Part shown: piece after piece, positions 13,340 through 25,563 of the stretch
Position numbering within the stretch: the first letter of the stretch is position 1
How the letters are laid out: each line of letters starts with the position of its first letter
NCBI GenBank assembly: GCA_964016885.1
Contig: OZ024757.1
Span: forward strand, 26,164,001-26,228,000
DNA length: 64,000 nt
Direction: 5' to 3'
Source of the DNA: Eledone cirrhosa
Taxonomy: Eukaryota
Notes under the pieces: model-generated
The model's database searches: none
What the model was told of the DNA's origin: nothing
What the model saw: only the letters and a program-made list of their open reading frames with translations
Made by a program: the position numbers and the translations under genes

Positions 13340-14340
13340 AACCCTTCTGATGCCAAACCACCAGAAACCGCCCTGGTTCTCTGGTTCTGTAATACAAACC
13401 TATTTAATTTAGATTGTTTATATTAATACATAACTCTTTCATTATGTAAGTCACAGTCAGTGACTTACATAATGAAACGTGTATATGTCGTATAGTAAAT
13501 AAATACACACACATATATATATTAGGTCTGAACACAATTGTTTCTACATTTGGCACAAGGCCAGCAATTACTCAGTGTATTACTGGTACTTTATTTTATC
13601 GACCCCGAAAGGATGAAACCTTATTGAATCAAATTCCCATTGTCACTGCTTCATCTAAGTTATATCGCAAACACCATTGTGATAACGAGAACGTTAATTT
13701 ATATGATTAAATCTCTTTAAATTCCTAGTTATTTTCAAAATTATTTGAAAGTCATAGGCAGTGTCTTTCATTAGAAATATAATAACGAAAGGGTTAAACG
13801 AGATCTACGCTATTTCTATGAAAACTTGAAAGAATGTTGGTGGTGGATCAACCAAATATTTCCTCACGCAAATAAAGATTTTCAAGCAATTTATTCTTTC
13901 TTAACCCTTTCGTTACCATATTCATAATGAAAGACACTGCCTATGACTTTCAAATAATTTTTTAACAATTTTGAAAATCATCATTAAGTTGGTATTTGAA
14001 AAATAATTGTTTTTTTACATAAAAATTTCGATGGGTGATTTAAAAATAAATTATACACATTTTTAACAATTTCGTTACCATATTTCTAATTAAAGACACT
14101 GACTATGATTTTCAAATAATTTCGAAAATCATCAAGAGATTTAGAATTGTTAAGTTGGTGTTTCGAAGATAACAAAGGTTGTTACATAAAATTAATCCGG
14201 AAGGTTTTTAGATAATTATAAACTAATATTTCTAATTAAAGACACTGCCTAAGATTTTCAAATGATTTTTGAAAAATTTAGTATTATTACTAAACCTTCC
14301 CATTAAGCTGGTGTTTGGAACATAACTTAACAAAACTTAT
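13340..14340. mobile_element. Decayed TTAA-type MITE copies with nested insertions
   Basis: gaaagggttaa (~13796) and ttaaccctttcgttacc (13901) ends; repeated aaagacactgcctatga. Confidence 0.55.
13437..13495 (+). ncRNA. Hammerhead 3' half on an 18-bp hairpin
   Basis: tttcattatgtaagtcac-agtca-gtgacttacataatGAAA-CG..CG-TA. Confidence 0.4.
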
Positions 14341-14624
14341 TACATGATTTTACAATACGAGGAACACCGGGCGTAAGTATCATGTGACAGAAAAAGCAGA
14401 CATAAATATTGTTAGTGCTTGCGATGTTTTTTTTCTTCAAATAAATAATCCACGTCATGTGTGTTTGTATATACTGTATATATATATATATAATATATAA
14501 AGCAAAGAGTTATTTAATTTGTTATATATATATATATACTTGTGTATAATGGTAGCTATAGTGCTTCCATAGGCGGTATGCCAAAATTAGCACTCAATAT
14601 TCAACAGAGTAGAGTGTGGATGGT

Positions 14625-14727
14625 ATAAAAAAACGAAAAATCAGTGATGCATCTGGACTCAGTTTATTGCGTGTTACAATTGTTTCGCCGGCAGGTAGCT
14701 CGAGACATGGTCACTGTATGGATCTGA
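14625..14727 (-). mobile_element. Penelope-like 3' end with hammerhead 3' half
   Basis: Minus strand gccggcGAAAcaattgTAacacg; a longer copy lies at 38590-38940. Confidence 0.6.
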
Positions 14728-14959
14728 CACATATATATTTGGAGGCCTCCCCTCCAAAATGTATACACACAGGCTGTACATTCTAATATATATTGCCTGT
14801 ACAGGTAATCAAAGTGTGTATATATTTTTGTGGGACAGCCTCTATACACAGTGGAGCCTCGGTTCATGAATTTAATTCGTTCCTAAAGGTCGCTCGGCAA
14901 TTGAAATGTTCGTAAACCGAAACTATTTTTTCGATACGAATCAATGTAAAATGGATTAA

Positions 14960-15164
14960 CCCTTTAACATTTACATTACTCTATATATACTATTGTATTT
15001 TCACAGTAAACACTTCATCTCACATAATATCAAATCTATGAAATTTTGAAATTTATTTTGAAAACAACACCTTAACATAAGTATGAGTGGCCGGTTATGG
15101 CTGGTTTGAACAGAAAGAGGTGAGAGAATTCTGGCCGGATATGTCTGGTTTAAATGCTAAAGGG
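14960..15164. mobile_element. piggyBac-type MITE nested in the Tigger remnant
   Basis: Same TIRs as 4403 and TTAA TSD. Confidence 0.85.
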
Positions 15165-15418
15165 TTAATCCATTCCTGGACCCCCAGATGGTTGCTTATT
15201 TAAACTTTTACACCAGTAATTTGTGTCCAAGTTCATACACAAAACCAATGAAATTCATTAAATCTAACACAAATAAAGAAAACCACAATACTAAACACAT
15301 CAAATATAGGGGAAAAGTTTATTCAATTTTTACTGTACCTATAAGGAAGAGAATTGATGGTGTAAGGAGGTGATGAGAAGAGAAGGGAAGAGATGTTATT
15401 GTTTGGAAGGGGAGTCTC

Positions 15419-15690
15419 ATCATCATCATCATCATTTTACGTCTGCTTTTCTCTGCTTGCAAGGGTGAGATGGGTCCTATTCAGCACAGCATCTCTCCAC
15501 TCGTCACGGTCCTTCGTCATCTCCTCCGTGAGCTTCAACAATCTGAGGTCTGCTTATTTTTCGTGGTCTTCCTCTACTGCGTCTTCCTTCTACTGGGATT
15601 TCTTGACACTTCTTCACCCAGCAGTCATCCTCTATGCACATCACATGTCCATACCATTGAAGTCTTCTCTCCCGCACACTACAACTTATT
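15419..15690 (-). mobile_element. RTE-type LINE 3' fragment
   Basis: RERRLQWYGHVM..GRRSRGRPRK; (ATG)n tail. Confidence 0.8.
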
Positions 15691-16049
15691 CCTTCCATAA
15701 AAACATCAAGTAGCTGGTTTTCTGGGGTTCTTTTTTTCTTTTCTGTCTCTTAGCACCTCTAGACTCTGTTTGACTAAAGATTTGTCCAGTGTGATTTGTT
15801 TCTGTCTACATTTTAAGATGTTTCTAAAGTCAGACATGGCATTGTCAGTGGCAATGTTTATGATGTAGTTTACTACTATTTTATCAGGGTGATATCTTAA
15901 ATATATATCTTAAGTATGGTCATTTGGTACCTGGTAAGGGTAATTAGACTCACACCAAGGTTGAGATGATCCTCTTCTGAGTATCGAGCATCACTTAGTA
16001 TTGATGCCCATCTGGGAGGCATCAATACGAGAAGCAATAGCTAAACTTG

Positions 16050-16410
16050 AGTATATATATGCCATATATACACAAGTAACAGTCTATATATACACCATAT
16101 ATACAATATATATACACAAGTAACAGTCTATAAATACACCATATATACAATATATATACACAGGTAACAGTCTATATATACAATCCATATACACAGACAA
16201 CAGTCTATAAATACACAGGTAACAGTCTATATATACAATCTCTATACACAGACAACAGTCTATATATACACCATATATACAATATATATACAATATATAT
16301 AAAATATATATACAATATATATACACAGGTAACAGTCTATATATACAATCTCTATACACAGACAACAGTCTATATACACACAAGTAACAGTCTATATACC
16401 CTGTGCAGTC
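16050..16410. repeat. TA-rich minisatellite with acaggtaacagtctatata units
   Basis: Direct reading. Confidence 0.8.
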
Positions 16411-16411
16411 T

Positions 16412-16844
16412 ATCATCATCATCACCGTTTTACGTCCGTTCTTCCACGCTAGCATGGGTTAGACGGGTTGTCCTGTTGTCGGCAGTGTCCGATCTTGCTC
16501 ATACGGGAACTGATTCTGGCTTGATTTCTACAGCTGGATGCCCTTCCTAACACCAACCTCATTTACAGTGAGTGCTGGGTGCTTTTTTCTTTCCATGACG
16601 CCTACACGTTCACTTCACAGTGTGGACTGGGTGCTTTTTTTGCCGTGGCACCTCCACGACCACTTTGCAGTGGAATGATAGACACTCCATTACTATCATC
16701 TCATTTCTACAGCTGAGTAAACTAGAGCAGTGTGAAATAAAGTGTCTTGCTCAAGGAAACAACACATCACCCGGTCCGAGAATTGAATTCACAACCTTTC
16801 GATTGCAAGCTCAATGCTCTAACCACTAAGCCTTGCGCCTTCAC
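16412..16844 (-). mobile_element. tRNA/CORE-like SINE, family 2, with RTE-derived tail
   Basis: Head ggcttagtggttagagc, ccttgagcaagacacttta core, tail shared with the RTE 3' UTR at 52600-52779. Confidence 0.85.
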
Positions 16845-17351
16845 ATCTATATATATATATACACCATATATATATAATATATATATATATATACATAGGT
16901 AACAGTCTATATAAACTATATACAATCTAACTATATACCATATATATCTTAAGTATGGTCATTTGGTACCCTGTAAAGGTAATTAGACTCACACCAAGGT
17001 TGAGATGATCCTCTTCTGAGTATCAAACATCACTTAGTATTCATTCCTCCCAGATGGGTATCAATACGAGAAGCGATAGCTAAACTTGGGCGGGTTGTTG
17101 GTCCACCCCTTCTCGAGCCTTGACTTAAAAATATTGACTGAGTGTGCATCAACCGTTTCTTTCCACCTCATCCCGTTTTGCACAAATTTCGCGGATCAAT
17201 GAAGCAGGAAAATTCATGCTTTCCTTCCTCTTACTCTGAAGACATTTCCTCTACAATCAAATCATCCTTTGCTGCTGCTGCTGAAGTTGTTTCAATTCTT
17301 CCATGTGGTACTCTAGTAACTCTGCCATGTCTTCATTGTTATCTTCCAAGG

Positions 17352-17536
17352 TCGCTGGATTGGCAGTATCGGTAGAGGGTCGGACACCGTGCTTTGCAGT
17401 TATGTCCCTTTATGGTCTGAGTTCAAATCCTGCCGAGGTTAACTTTGCCTTTCATCCTTATGGGGTCAATAAAATAAAGTACCAGTAATGTACTGGGATA
17501 ATTGCTGGCCTTGTGCCAAATATAGAAACAATTATT
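17352..17536 (+). mobile_element. tRNA-derived SINE, family 1
   Basis: Matches the family consensus. Confidence 0.85.
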
Positions 17537-17754
17537 ACCGTCCAAGCCCATGTTTTAGCCTAGAGACACAATATTATTGACAACAGATTCTTCAGCGTCA
17601 AAAAGCCCCCATTTTACCATCGATTTAAAAAAAAATTTTTTTTTTAGTTACATATTTCTCGCCATATAGTCGAGTATAAACAAGTATATATGTAACTATT
17701 TTCTTCCTTTTCTCTCTCTTATTCCTCATTGTTGTACTTTTTAATGTTAACATT

Positions 17755-18370
17755 CACCACTACCAGCCACCAACTACCACTACCACTACCTCTACTACTC
17801 TAACTACCATTACCACTACCTCTACTACCCTCACTACCACCACTGACGGACTGCTGACCCTACTATCATTATCACCTTCAACATCACCACTAACCAACAT
17901 CACCAACAACCACTGCCAACACTGCAACTATCACCACCATCATCCGCCATAACTAATGACCACCACCACTACCTTCAACAACAACTACCATCTAATGACC
18001 AGCAACAACATCCACCATCATCATCACCACCACCACCGTACAGCCACCACCACCACCACCACCAACGAAACAACAACCAATGTACAGCCACTACCATCAC
18101 CAACTACCACCATCATTACCACCACCACCACCACCAACAACAACAACAAAACAACAAGTACTACCATCTAACGACCAGCAACAACATCCACCATCATTAT
18201 TACCACCACCACCACCATCAAAACAACAACCACTGTACAACCACCACCATCCAACTACCATCATATTACCACCACCATCAGCAACAACCACCATCAAACT
18301 ACCACCACCACCACCACCACTACCACCACCACCACCACCAATAACTACTACTACCACCATCACCTCACCC
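17755..18370. repeat. Degenerate (ACC/AAC)n low-complexity tract
   Basis: Direct reading. Confidence 0.85.
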
Positions 18371-18827
18371 TGCTCTATCCATTAACCTTTCCACCACCTC
18401 CTCTCCTCCACCAACCCAATATGTCACTGTACATTGTTCTGACAGATTGTTACTTAAAGGTCATGCCAGCCACACATTCACATATCCTTTGTACAACAGC
18501 TACACCATAACAACAACAACAACAACATTACATACTGGCTGCTCTTTTTGTATTTGATTTCTGTTATTTCATTCTATCTTTCATTTTCATTGTCCATATC
18601 TATTTTATATATCTTTCTTTGTTTCTCTGCCTCTTTGCATGTCTGTGTGCATATATATATATATATATATGTATATATATTTTCTCAAGGAATGAGAAAA
18701 TATTTTGATCATGCTTTATTTTTATTTATTATTTATTATATTTTTGTCTTTATTTGTTAATTTTTCATTCGCACCGTTTCCTTTCGCTATATGTCTCTCC
18801 ACCGCTCCCCTACACACCTTTTGAACT

Positions 18828-18862
18828 CTCACCTGAAGAAGGGCTTATGCCCGAAACGTCGT
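18828..18862 (+). ncRNA. Minimal type I hammerhead motif (Penelope pLTR type)
   Basis: CTGAAGA-a-GGGC ttat GCCC-GAAA-CGTC with palindromic ACGT stem III; stem I is weak. Confidence 0.65.
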
Positions 18863-18953
18863 CCCCCACCTACCCCCCACTCTCCTGAGCGGCGTGAATT
18901 TAATAAACATTTGTCGTACTGCCTCTCTGTTCTGTCCCTGTTCAATTTTTCAT

Positions 18954-19381
<428 letters not shown>

Positions 19382-19382
19382 A

Positions 19383-19578
19383 TAATAATAATTGTTTCTA
19401 CTTTTGGCACAAGGCCAGCAATTACCCCAGTGCATTACTGGTACTTTATTTTATCGACCCCCTTAAGGATGAAAAGCAAAGTTAACCGGGGGGGGGGGGG
19501 GATTTGACCTCAGACCATAAAGGGGCGTAACTCTATGCTGCAAAGCATGGTGTCCGATCCTCTACTGATACTGCCAAT
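19383..19578 (-). mobile_element. tRNA-derived SINE, family 1
   Basis: Matches the family consensus. Confidence 0.85.
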
Positions 19579-19589
19579 AATAATGGAAA

Positions 19590-19830
19590 TGGACTCAATT
19601 ATTGATTTCCACGTGGCTGTTGCCAAGTCCTGGAGATGACATCGAGATAGGAGAGCTTGCGCCCCCTGTTATTAGTGACTGCTTGTGGTTTCCAAAGCAC
19701 TAATGGTGACACAGCCTCAGAGGTGGCATGATGGCAGTGGCCAGCTAATTTTACTCTTCTTTTACGTACAACAACAGATATGCATGGGAGGCAGGCATAT
19801 ATCTCTCTCAAAGTCAGGTGTCGCCATAGT
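19590..19830 (-). mobile_element. RTE-group LINE C-terminal remnant
   Basis: ISVVVRKRRVKLAGHC..LVLWKP..RGRKLSYLDVI. Confidence 0.7.
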
Positions 19831-20022
19831 CCCTGGAAAGAAACAATGCAGTGTTTTCTAAAGAAGTGTGGAAATTAAGGCATGCAAGATTCCACAACAC
19901 AAGCAAGATTCCACAACACATGCAAGATTCCTTCATAGTCAGCCTATGAATCTTTTAGCTTAGCTTCAAAGTTTCTATATATTAATACCTCCAGCAGTTT
20001 AATGATTCAATTTTGTCTACAA

Positions 20023-20207
20023 CAGGCATGCCCAACATGCAGCCCGCGGACTGCATGCGGTCCTTTACAAAGGTCTTTACAGCGTGAGTATAATATAAAA
20101 TAAAAAATATTAGCTGTAATGTGAGCAATTAGTTGTCATGTGTGGCCCTCGGACAACACATATGTGGCCCATGTGGCCCTCGCGGTACCCTCAGTTTGAC
20201 ATGCCTG
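20023..20207. mobile_element. hAT/Charlie-type MITE
   Basis: TIR caggcatgcccaac/gtttgacatgcctg; 8-bp TSD gtctacaa/gtctacag. Confidence 0.85.
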
Positions 20208-20509
20208 GTCTACAGTACATGTCTAAATGTTAGTGTATTGAGCACTCTTAGATACTCCTGACTCGGAATACATTTCTTCATGTATTTTGAAATAGTTTTA
20301 TTATACAGAAACTATATAATATGACAGCTGTGGCTTGATAACATCTCTCTTCCCCCATTTCGTTGCTGGTACAGTCCATAGTTAGTTTACAAAATCAGAA
20401 ATGCAGGTCGGGGTTGGTTTTCCAGGGATTATGTAAGCAGGTTTACAGGTTTTTTTTTAGTGTTTTGTTGACAGTTTAAGGCAACCAACATTCGTATTTA
20501 CATACACAC

Positions 20510-20577
20510 ACGGCTATTTCTGGACTATTCCAGAAATAGCCGTCAAAACGGCTTGAGCTCTGCCGTCGGGGTCATAC

Positions 20578-20582
<5 letters not shown>
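20510..20582. mobile_element. Fold-back family A, single arm plus central hairpin
   Basis: acggctatttctgga-ctat-tccagaaatagccgt, then aaaacggcttgagctctgccgtcggggtcat. Confidence 0.7.
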
Positions 20583-20629
<47 letters not shown>

Positions 20630-21190
20630 CCTCTTACGCTTCCCTTACATGTTTCAATCCCCCCTTTTCTCCCCCCACCCCCTTCTTTCTCTTTCATTTT
20701 AAATTAAACACTTCTTCCCTTCACTAGAATTCATTAAAATGTGCCTAAAAGAGATAAGCTAATGGAACCAGTACCAATTATATAATTCTAACCAATCACA
20801 GGTCGCTAACTTTTCCTTTATGAATTAACTATTAGTCTTCATTCAGTGCAAGTAGCATATTTTGTCATCAGCAAATTACTGTGTATTGAAATATTGAAAA
20901 AATCCAACAGATTTATCTCTGTGTGTGTGTATGCCGTGTTGTCTGTGTATGTATGTGTGTGTTGTGTTGTGTATGTGTTAGTGTGTATGTGTGCTGTGTA
21001 TGTGTGAGTGTATGTGAGTGTGTGTGTGTATATATATGTGAGTGTGTATGTGTGTTGTGTATGTGTGAGTGTGTATGTGTGAGTGTGTATGTGTGTGTGT
21101 GTGTGTATATATATGTGTGAGTGTGTATGTGTGCTGTGAATGTGTGTGTGTGTGCGTGCATGTATGTATGTATGTATGTATGTATGTATA

Positions 21191-21282
21191 TACAGAGTGT
21201 TCTCCCCCCAAAATATATATACACTTTGATTAGAATGCTGTTGAAGTATGTATGCATTTTTGTATTTTTGTGAACACCCTAT
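21191..21282. mobile_element. Short Tc1/mariner-like MITE (relatives at ~13080, 14750, 21844, 22107)
   Basis: ta-cag(g/a)gtgt..acaccct-ta ends; shared cactttgattagaatgc interior. Confidence 0.6.
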
Positions 21283-21283
21283 A

Positions 21284-21692
21284 TCATCATCATCATCGTT
21301 TAACGTCCATCTTCCACGCTTGCATGGATCTGGACAGGAATTGTCCCACTTGAGGCAAGATTGGTTGTCTCGTTCAGGACTGTCTGGCGCATTTTCTACG
21401 GCTGGATGCCCTTCCTAACACCAACCACGTTTACAGTGTGTACTGGGAGGTTTTTACCGTGTTGCCTACACGGTCACATTACAGCGTGGACTGTGTGTTT
21501 TTTTGTCGTGACACCTACACGACCTCATTTGTTTAGGACTGGATGTTGTGGTACCAACATAGCTTTACATCGAAAGGGGTGGTGTAGATGACGGTGGGGG
21601 TAGGGTTAGTGGGACGGGGGTGTATTTTGGTTAAGAGGTACCTACTGACTGTAGGTTTCGCTTTATACTTAGGCAAGGCGGGTCTTCTGGGT
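21284..21692 (-). mobile_element. 5'-truncated copy of the RTE LINE 3' UTR
   Basis: Reverse complement aligns to ~52362-52779, including gaagacccgcctt at the ORF end. Confidence 0.85.
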
Positions 21693-22282
21693 GGGTTTGT
21701 ATATATATATATATATATATGTGTGTGTTTGTGTGTATGTATGTATATATATGTGTATGTTTTTGTGTGTGCATGTATGTATATATATATATATATATAT
21801 ATATAAGTGTGTGTGTGTGCATGTATGTCTGTATGTATGTATATACAGGGTGTTCTGCCAAAAATGTATACACACTTTGATTAGAATGCAGTTGAAGTGG
21901 GTATACATTTTTTTGGGGGGGGACACTCGTGCATGAATGTATGTATATATATATGTGTGTGTTTGTGTGTGTGCGTGTATGTATATATAAATGTGTGTGT
22001 GTGTGCATGTTTATGTGTGTGTGTATCATTATCATCATCACCGTTTAAAGTCTTTTCTATGGATATCAAATAGTGATGATGATGAAAATTATATGTATAT
22101 ATATATAGCGTGTCACCCCAAAATGTATACACCATTCTAATAAATATTGTCTGTACAGGTAATCAAAGTATGTATACATTTTTTTGGCACACCCTGTATA
22201 TATATATATATATATATATGCATACACACGCATACATACATACACACACGCTCATACAAGATCAAGCTAGCTGCCATAATCC

Positions 22283-22735
22283 TCATCATCAACGTTTTAT
22301 GTCCATTCTTCCATGTTAGCATGGGTTAGACGGATTGTCCTGTTGTGGGCAGTGTCCGGTCGGTTTACCTTGTCTTGTACATAGGGGAACTGGTTCTGGC
22401 TTGGTTTCTACAGCTGGATGCCCTTCCTAACACCAACCTCATCTACAGCGAGTACTGGGTGCTCTTTTATCGTGGTGCCTACACCACCACTTTACAGTGT
22501 GGGCTGGGTGTTTTTTTTTGTTGTGGCACCTCCACGACCATTTTGCAGTGGGAGGGGGTGGGGGCATATTGTCTATATGCTTAAGCTTCGGCTTGTACCC
22601 ATGGGAAGTTGGGTCTACTGTATTACTGCGTAATGCCAGAGGTCTCGGTCCTGTGTTATCACCTTTGAGTGGTACAATTGGGCAAGGACAGCTTTTATCA
22701 CTTCATCCCAGGTCTACTTGGGTCTCCCCATTCCA
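22283..22735 (-). mobile_element. RTE LINE 3' fragment of a related subfamily
   Basis: GRPK*TWDEVIK..QDRDLW and the shared ggtgttaggaagggcatccagctgtagaaa tail. Confidence 0.75.
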
Positions 22736-23027
22736 AGCTAGTTGGCAATATGCCATAATAGAAAAGACTCACCCACCAGTACAAGATCTGCAACATTTGA
22801 TGTAAATATGGTAAGAGACAGGAGACTCTAGTGTTTGGTGACAGAATAGTGACAATATAAGGTTTACAAGGACGTTTCAGTGTGGACAAGCAAGTGGCTA
22901 TCTTTAGTATTGGTGCCATGATAAAATGCACCCTGTCCACTTTATAACATAGTAGTACCTGTATCATGAAAAATAACCCTGCAACAGGTAGTACTGGGTT
23001 ACAGGTCTCCAGTATATATATATATAT

Positions 23028-23103
<76 letters not shown>

Positions 23104-23156
23104 GCTCAACAGAGACACAAAATAACACAAAAATGAGATGTGGTATGGTACATATT

Positions 23157-23217
<61 letters not shown>

Positions 23218-23741
23218 ACACACACTATATATGTATGTATATATATATAGACATATATATATATATGTACGTATATATATATGTATGTATATATATATGC
23301 ATATATATGTATGCATATATGTATATATATGCATATATCTATGCATATATATATATATATTTACATATACATATATATATATATATATATATATGTGTGA
23401 GTGTTTATATATGTATACATATAAATGTGTATATCTGTGTGCATGTATATGCATGTGTATATATGCAGGCCTATATATAATGCCAGAAGGTTAAATTCTT
23501 CTTTTAATCAATGATAAGAGAGAAATCCGAGGAGACCATCCTTTCTCTGACACCATACCTCTCTCCCACCTTCTCTCCCCCATCTCTGCCCCCCCCTCTC
23601 TCTCTCTCTCTTCCTTACTTCAATAGCAATCAGTACATTTTTGCATATTAGACATTCATTAAACACATACCTATGTATACATATACAAACACACACACAC
23701 ATATATATATATATATGTACATACATACATGTTCATATATA

Positions 23742-23821
<80 letters not shown>

Positions 23822-24105
23822 TACACACACATATATACATGCATATTCATACATGAAAACATATGTGTACACACCTATATATATTAATATATGTGTGAGT
23901 ATGCAAACACACATATGGGTTTATATATTTATACACACACATGTAATATATACATATAGATATATTTTATATTCAATAATTATATGCACACACACACATA
24001 TATATATGTGAGTGTATGTATATATAGATATGTGTGTGTTTATATATATATATATTTATATATATATACAGAGACATGTATAAATAAATATATAAATATA
24101 TACAC

Positions 24106-24162
<57 letters not shown>

Positions 24163-24597
24163 CATTCATATATACAGACGTTTGTATTTACATATATGCA
24201 TATATCAGAAATTTCAGCTTTTGGCTTATGAATCTCGCGAATCTAATTTTCTTACACAATGTAGTGATGGGGAAAAAAAATTCTCTTTTTTTTTTGTGTA
24301 TTTTCTTTTTTACTCTTTCTTACTGTTCTTTTTTTTTATATATATGTTTCCCCTCCACTCCACTCCCCAACCCTTCCTTTCTTATTCATTAGGATTTCAT
24401 ATATGTTATTGTTTAAATGAGAGAATTGGTACTCCCAGACACCAAAGTTCTTGCTGTGCCAAAACCAGCATCTTTCCCAGATCTTACTCTATGGCTTACT
24501 TTCTGTTCGTTTGTGTCACTTTAATCAAAATCCTCCAAAATCTTGCTCTTCCTCTCTTTCTATCACAATATGCTGGCACCATATAGTCTCTGTTTTC

Positions 24598-24636
<39 letters not shown>

Positions 24637-24637
<1 letters not shown>

Positions 24638-25205
24638 GTTCTTTGAGTCTCAGTCATTGATGTTATTTAACTGGAAAGTTTGTTGAAATGAATATCAAGC
24701 TGCTACCTGCAGCCTCAGATATTCAGGACTTATCGGAGGGTTCTTGCTGTTCCTAGCAAGCATGCCTTTTGAAGTGTTCCAAAAAGCAGGGCGGGGCCAA
24801 TTTTCTTTAACCATCTCTGGAAACTCTTTGAGATAGTACCTAGTGCGCCTATGACAATCGGGACCACTTTCACTTCATGGCAGTTCCAAATCCTTTTTAC
24901 CTCCCACTTTAAGTCCTGGTATCGGTTAATTTTCTCCCTCTCCTTCTCTTGCACTCTCGTGTCGAATGGGCAGGCCACATCCACAATCAGGCACAATCTT
25001 TTTTCCTTGTCCAAAACCACCAGGTCAGGTCTATTGTGTTCCAGTTTCTTGTCCGTCTGTATCCTAAAATCCCACAGCACCTTCACCTGATCGTTTTCTA
25101 TCACCGACTCTGGCTTATGCTCATACCACTTCTCAGAATGTGGTAAATTGTTTACTTTGCATAGGTGCCAGTGGATCACCCTGCCCATCACATCATGTCT
25201 CCAGC
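24637..25205 (-). mobile_element. R4/Dong-like non-LTR element 3' part (restriction-like endonuclease) in (TAA)n
   Basis: RHD..HNRPDLVV..DVACPFD..KEREKINRY RLE motif; (TAA)n on both sides. Confidence 0.85.
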
Positions 25206-25225
25206 CTTTATTATTATTATTATTA

Positions 25226-25545
25226 CAGTTGCATTTATCTTGCTTTATGTTCATACGAGTTATCACCAAGTCACAACCAGTGACCTCAAGAGACAACAAG
25301 GTCCGCCATGTTCAAGAAAGAACATACATACTCACACATGCATCTTTGGTGTTTAGACTTGTGATGTACTTATATTGACAGAATCTTCCTTAGTATATGG
25401 GCAGTTCCCATTAGTACTATCTTTTGTATTTCTCCTATACGCGGGTTTGCTGGGATTTGCGATAAGTAATCATTAGACCCCTTAGGTATCATTCCCAGAG
25501 CGCCTACAACCACTGGTATTGTTTTAGTTCTCAATTTCCACATTT
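25226..25545 (-). mobile_element. Second R4/Dong-like 3' fragment in (TAA)n
   Basis: IPVVVGALG..IQKIVLMGTAHILRKIL; (TAA)n flanks. Confidence 0.8.
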
Positions 25546-25563
25546 TTATTATTATTATTATTA

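Larger units (their letters stand above)
14849..17600 (-). mobile_element. Tigger/pogo DNA transposon remnant split by later insertions
   Basis: Terminus cagtggagcctcgg; minus-strand pieces DNAMSDFRNILKCRQKQITLDK (~15780-15850), EELKQLQQQQ..SLIREICAK (~17170-17345), VVNNIVSLG*NMGL (~17540-17590). Confidence 0.7.

Noticed and set aside
16050-16410. Repeat-spacer look resembling a CRISPR array
   Set aside because: Spacers are TA-repeat variants rather than unique sequences, the context is eukaryotic, and there are no cas genes.
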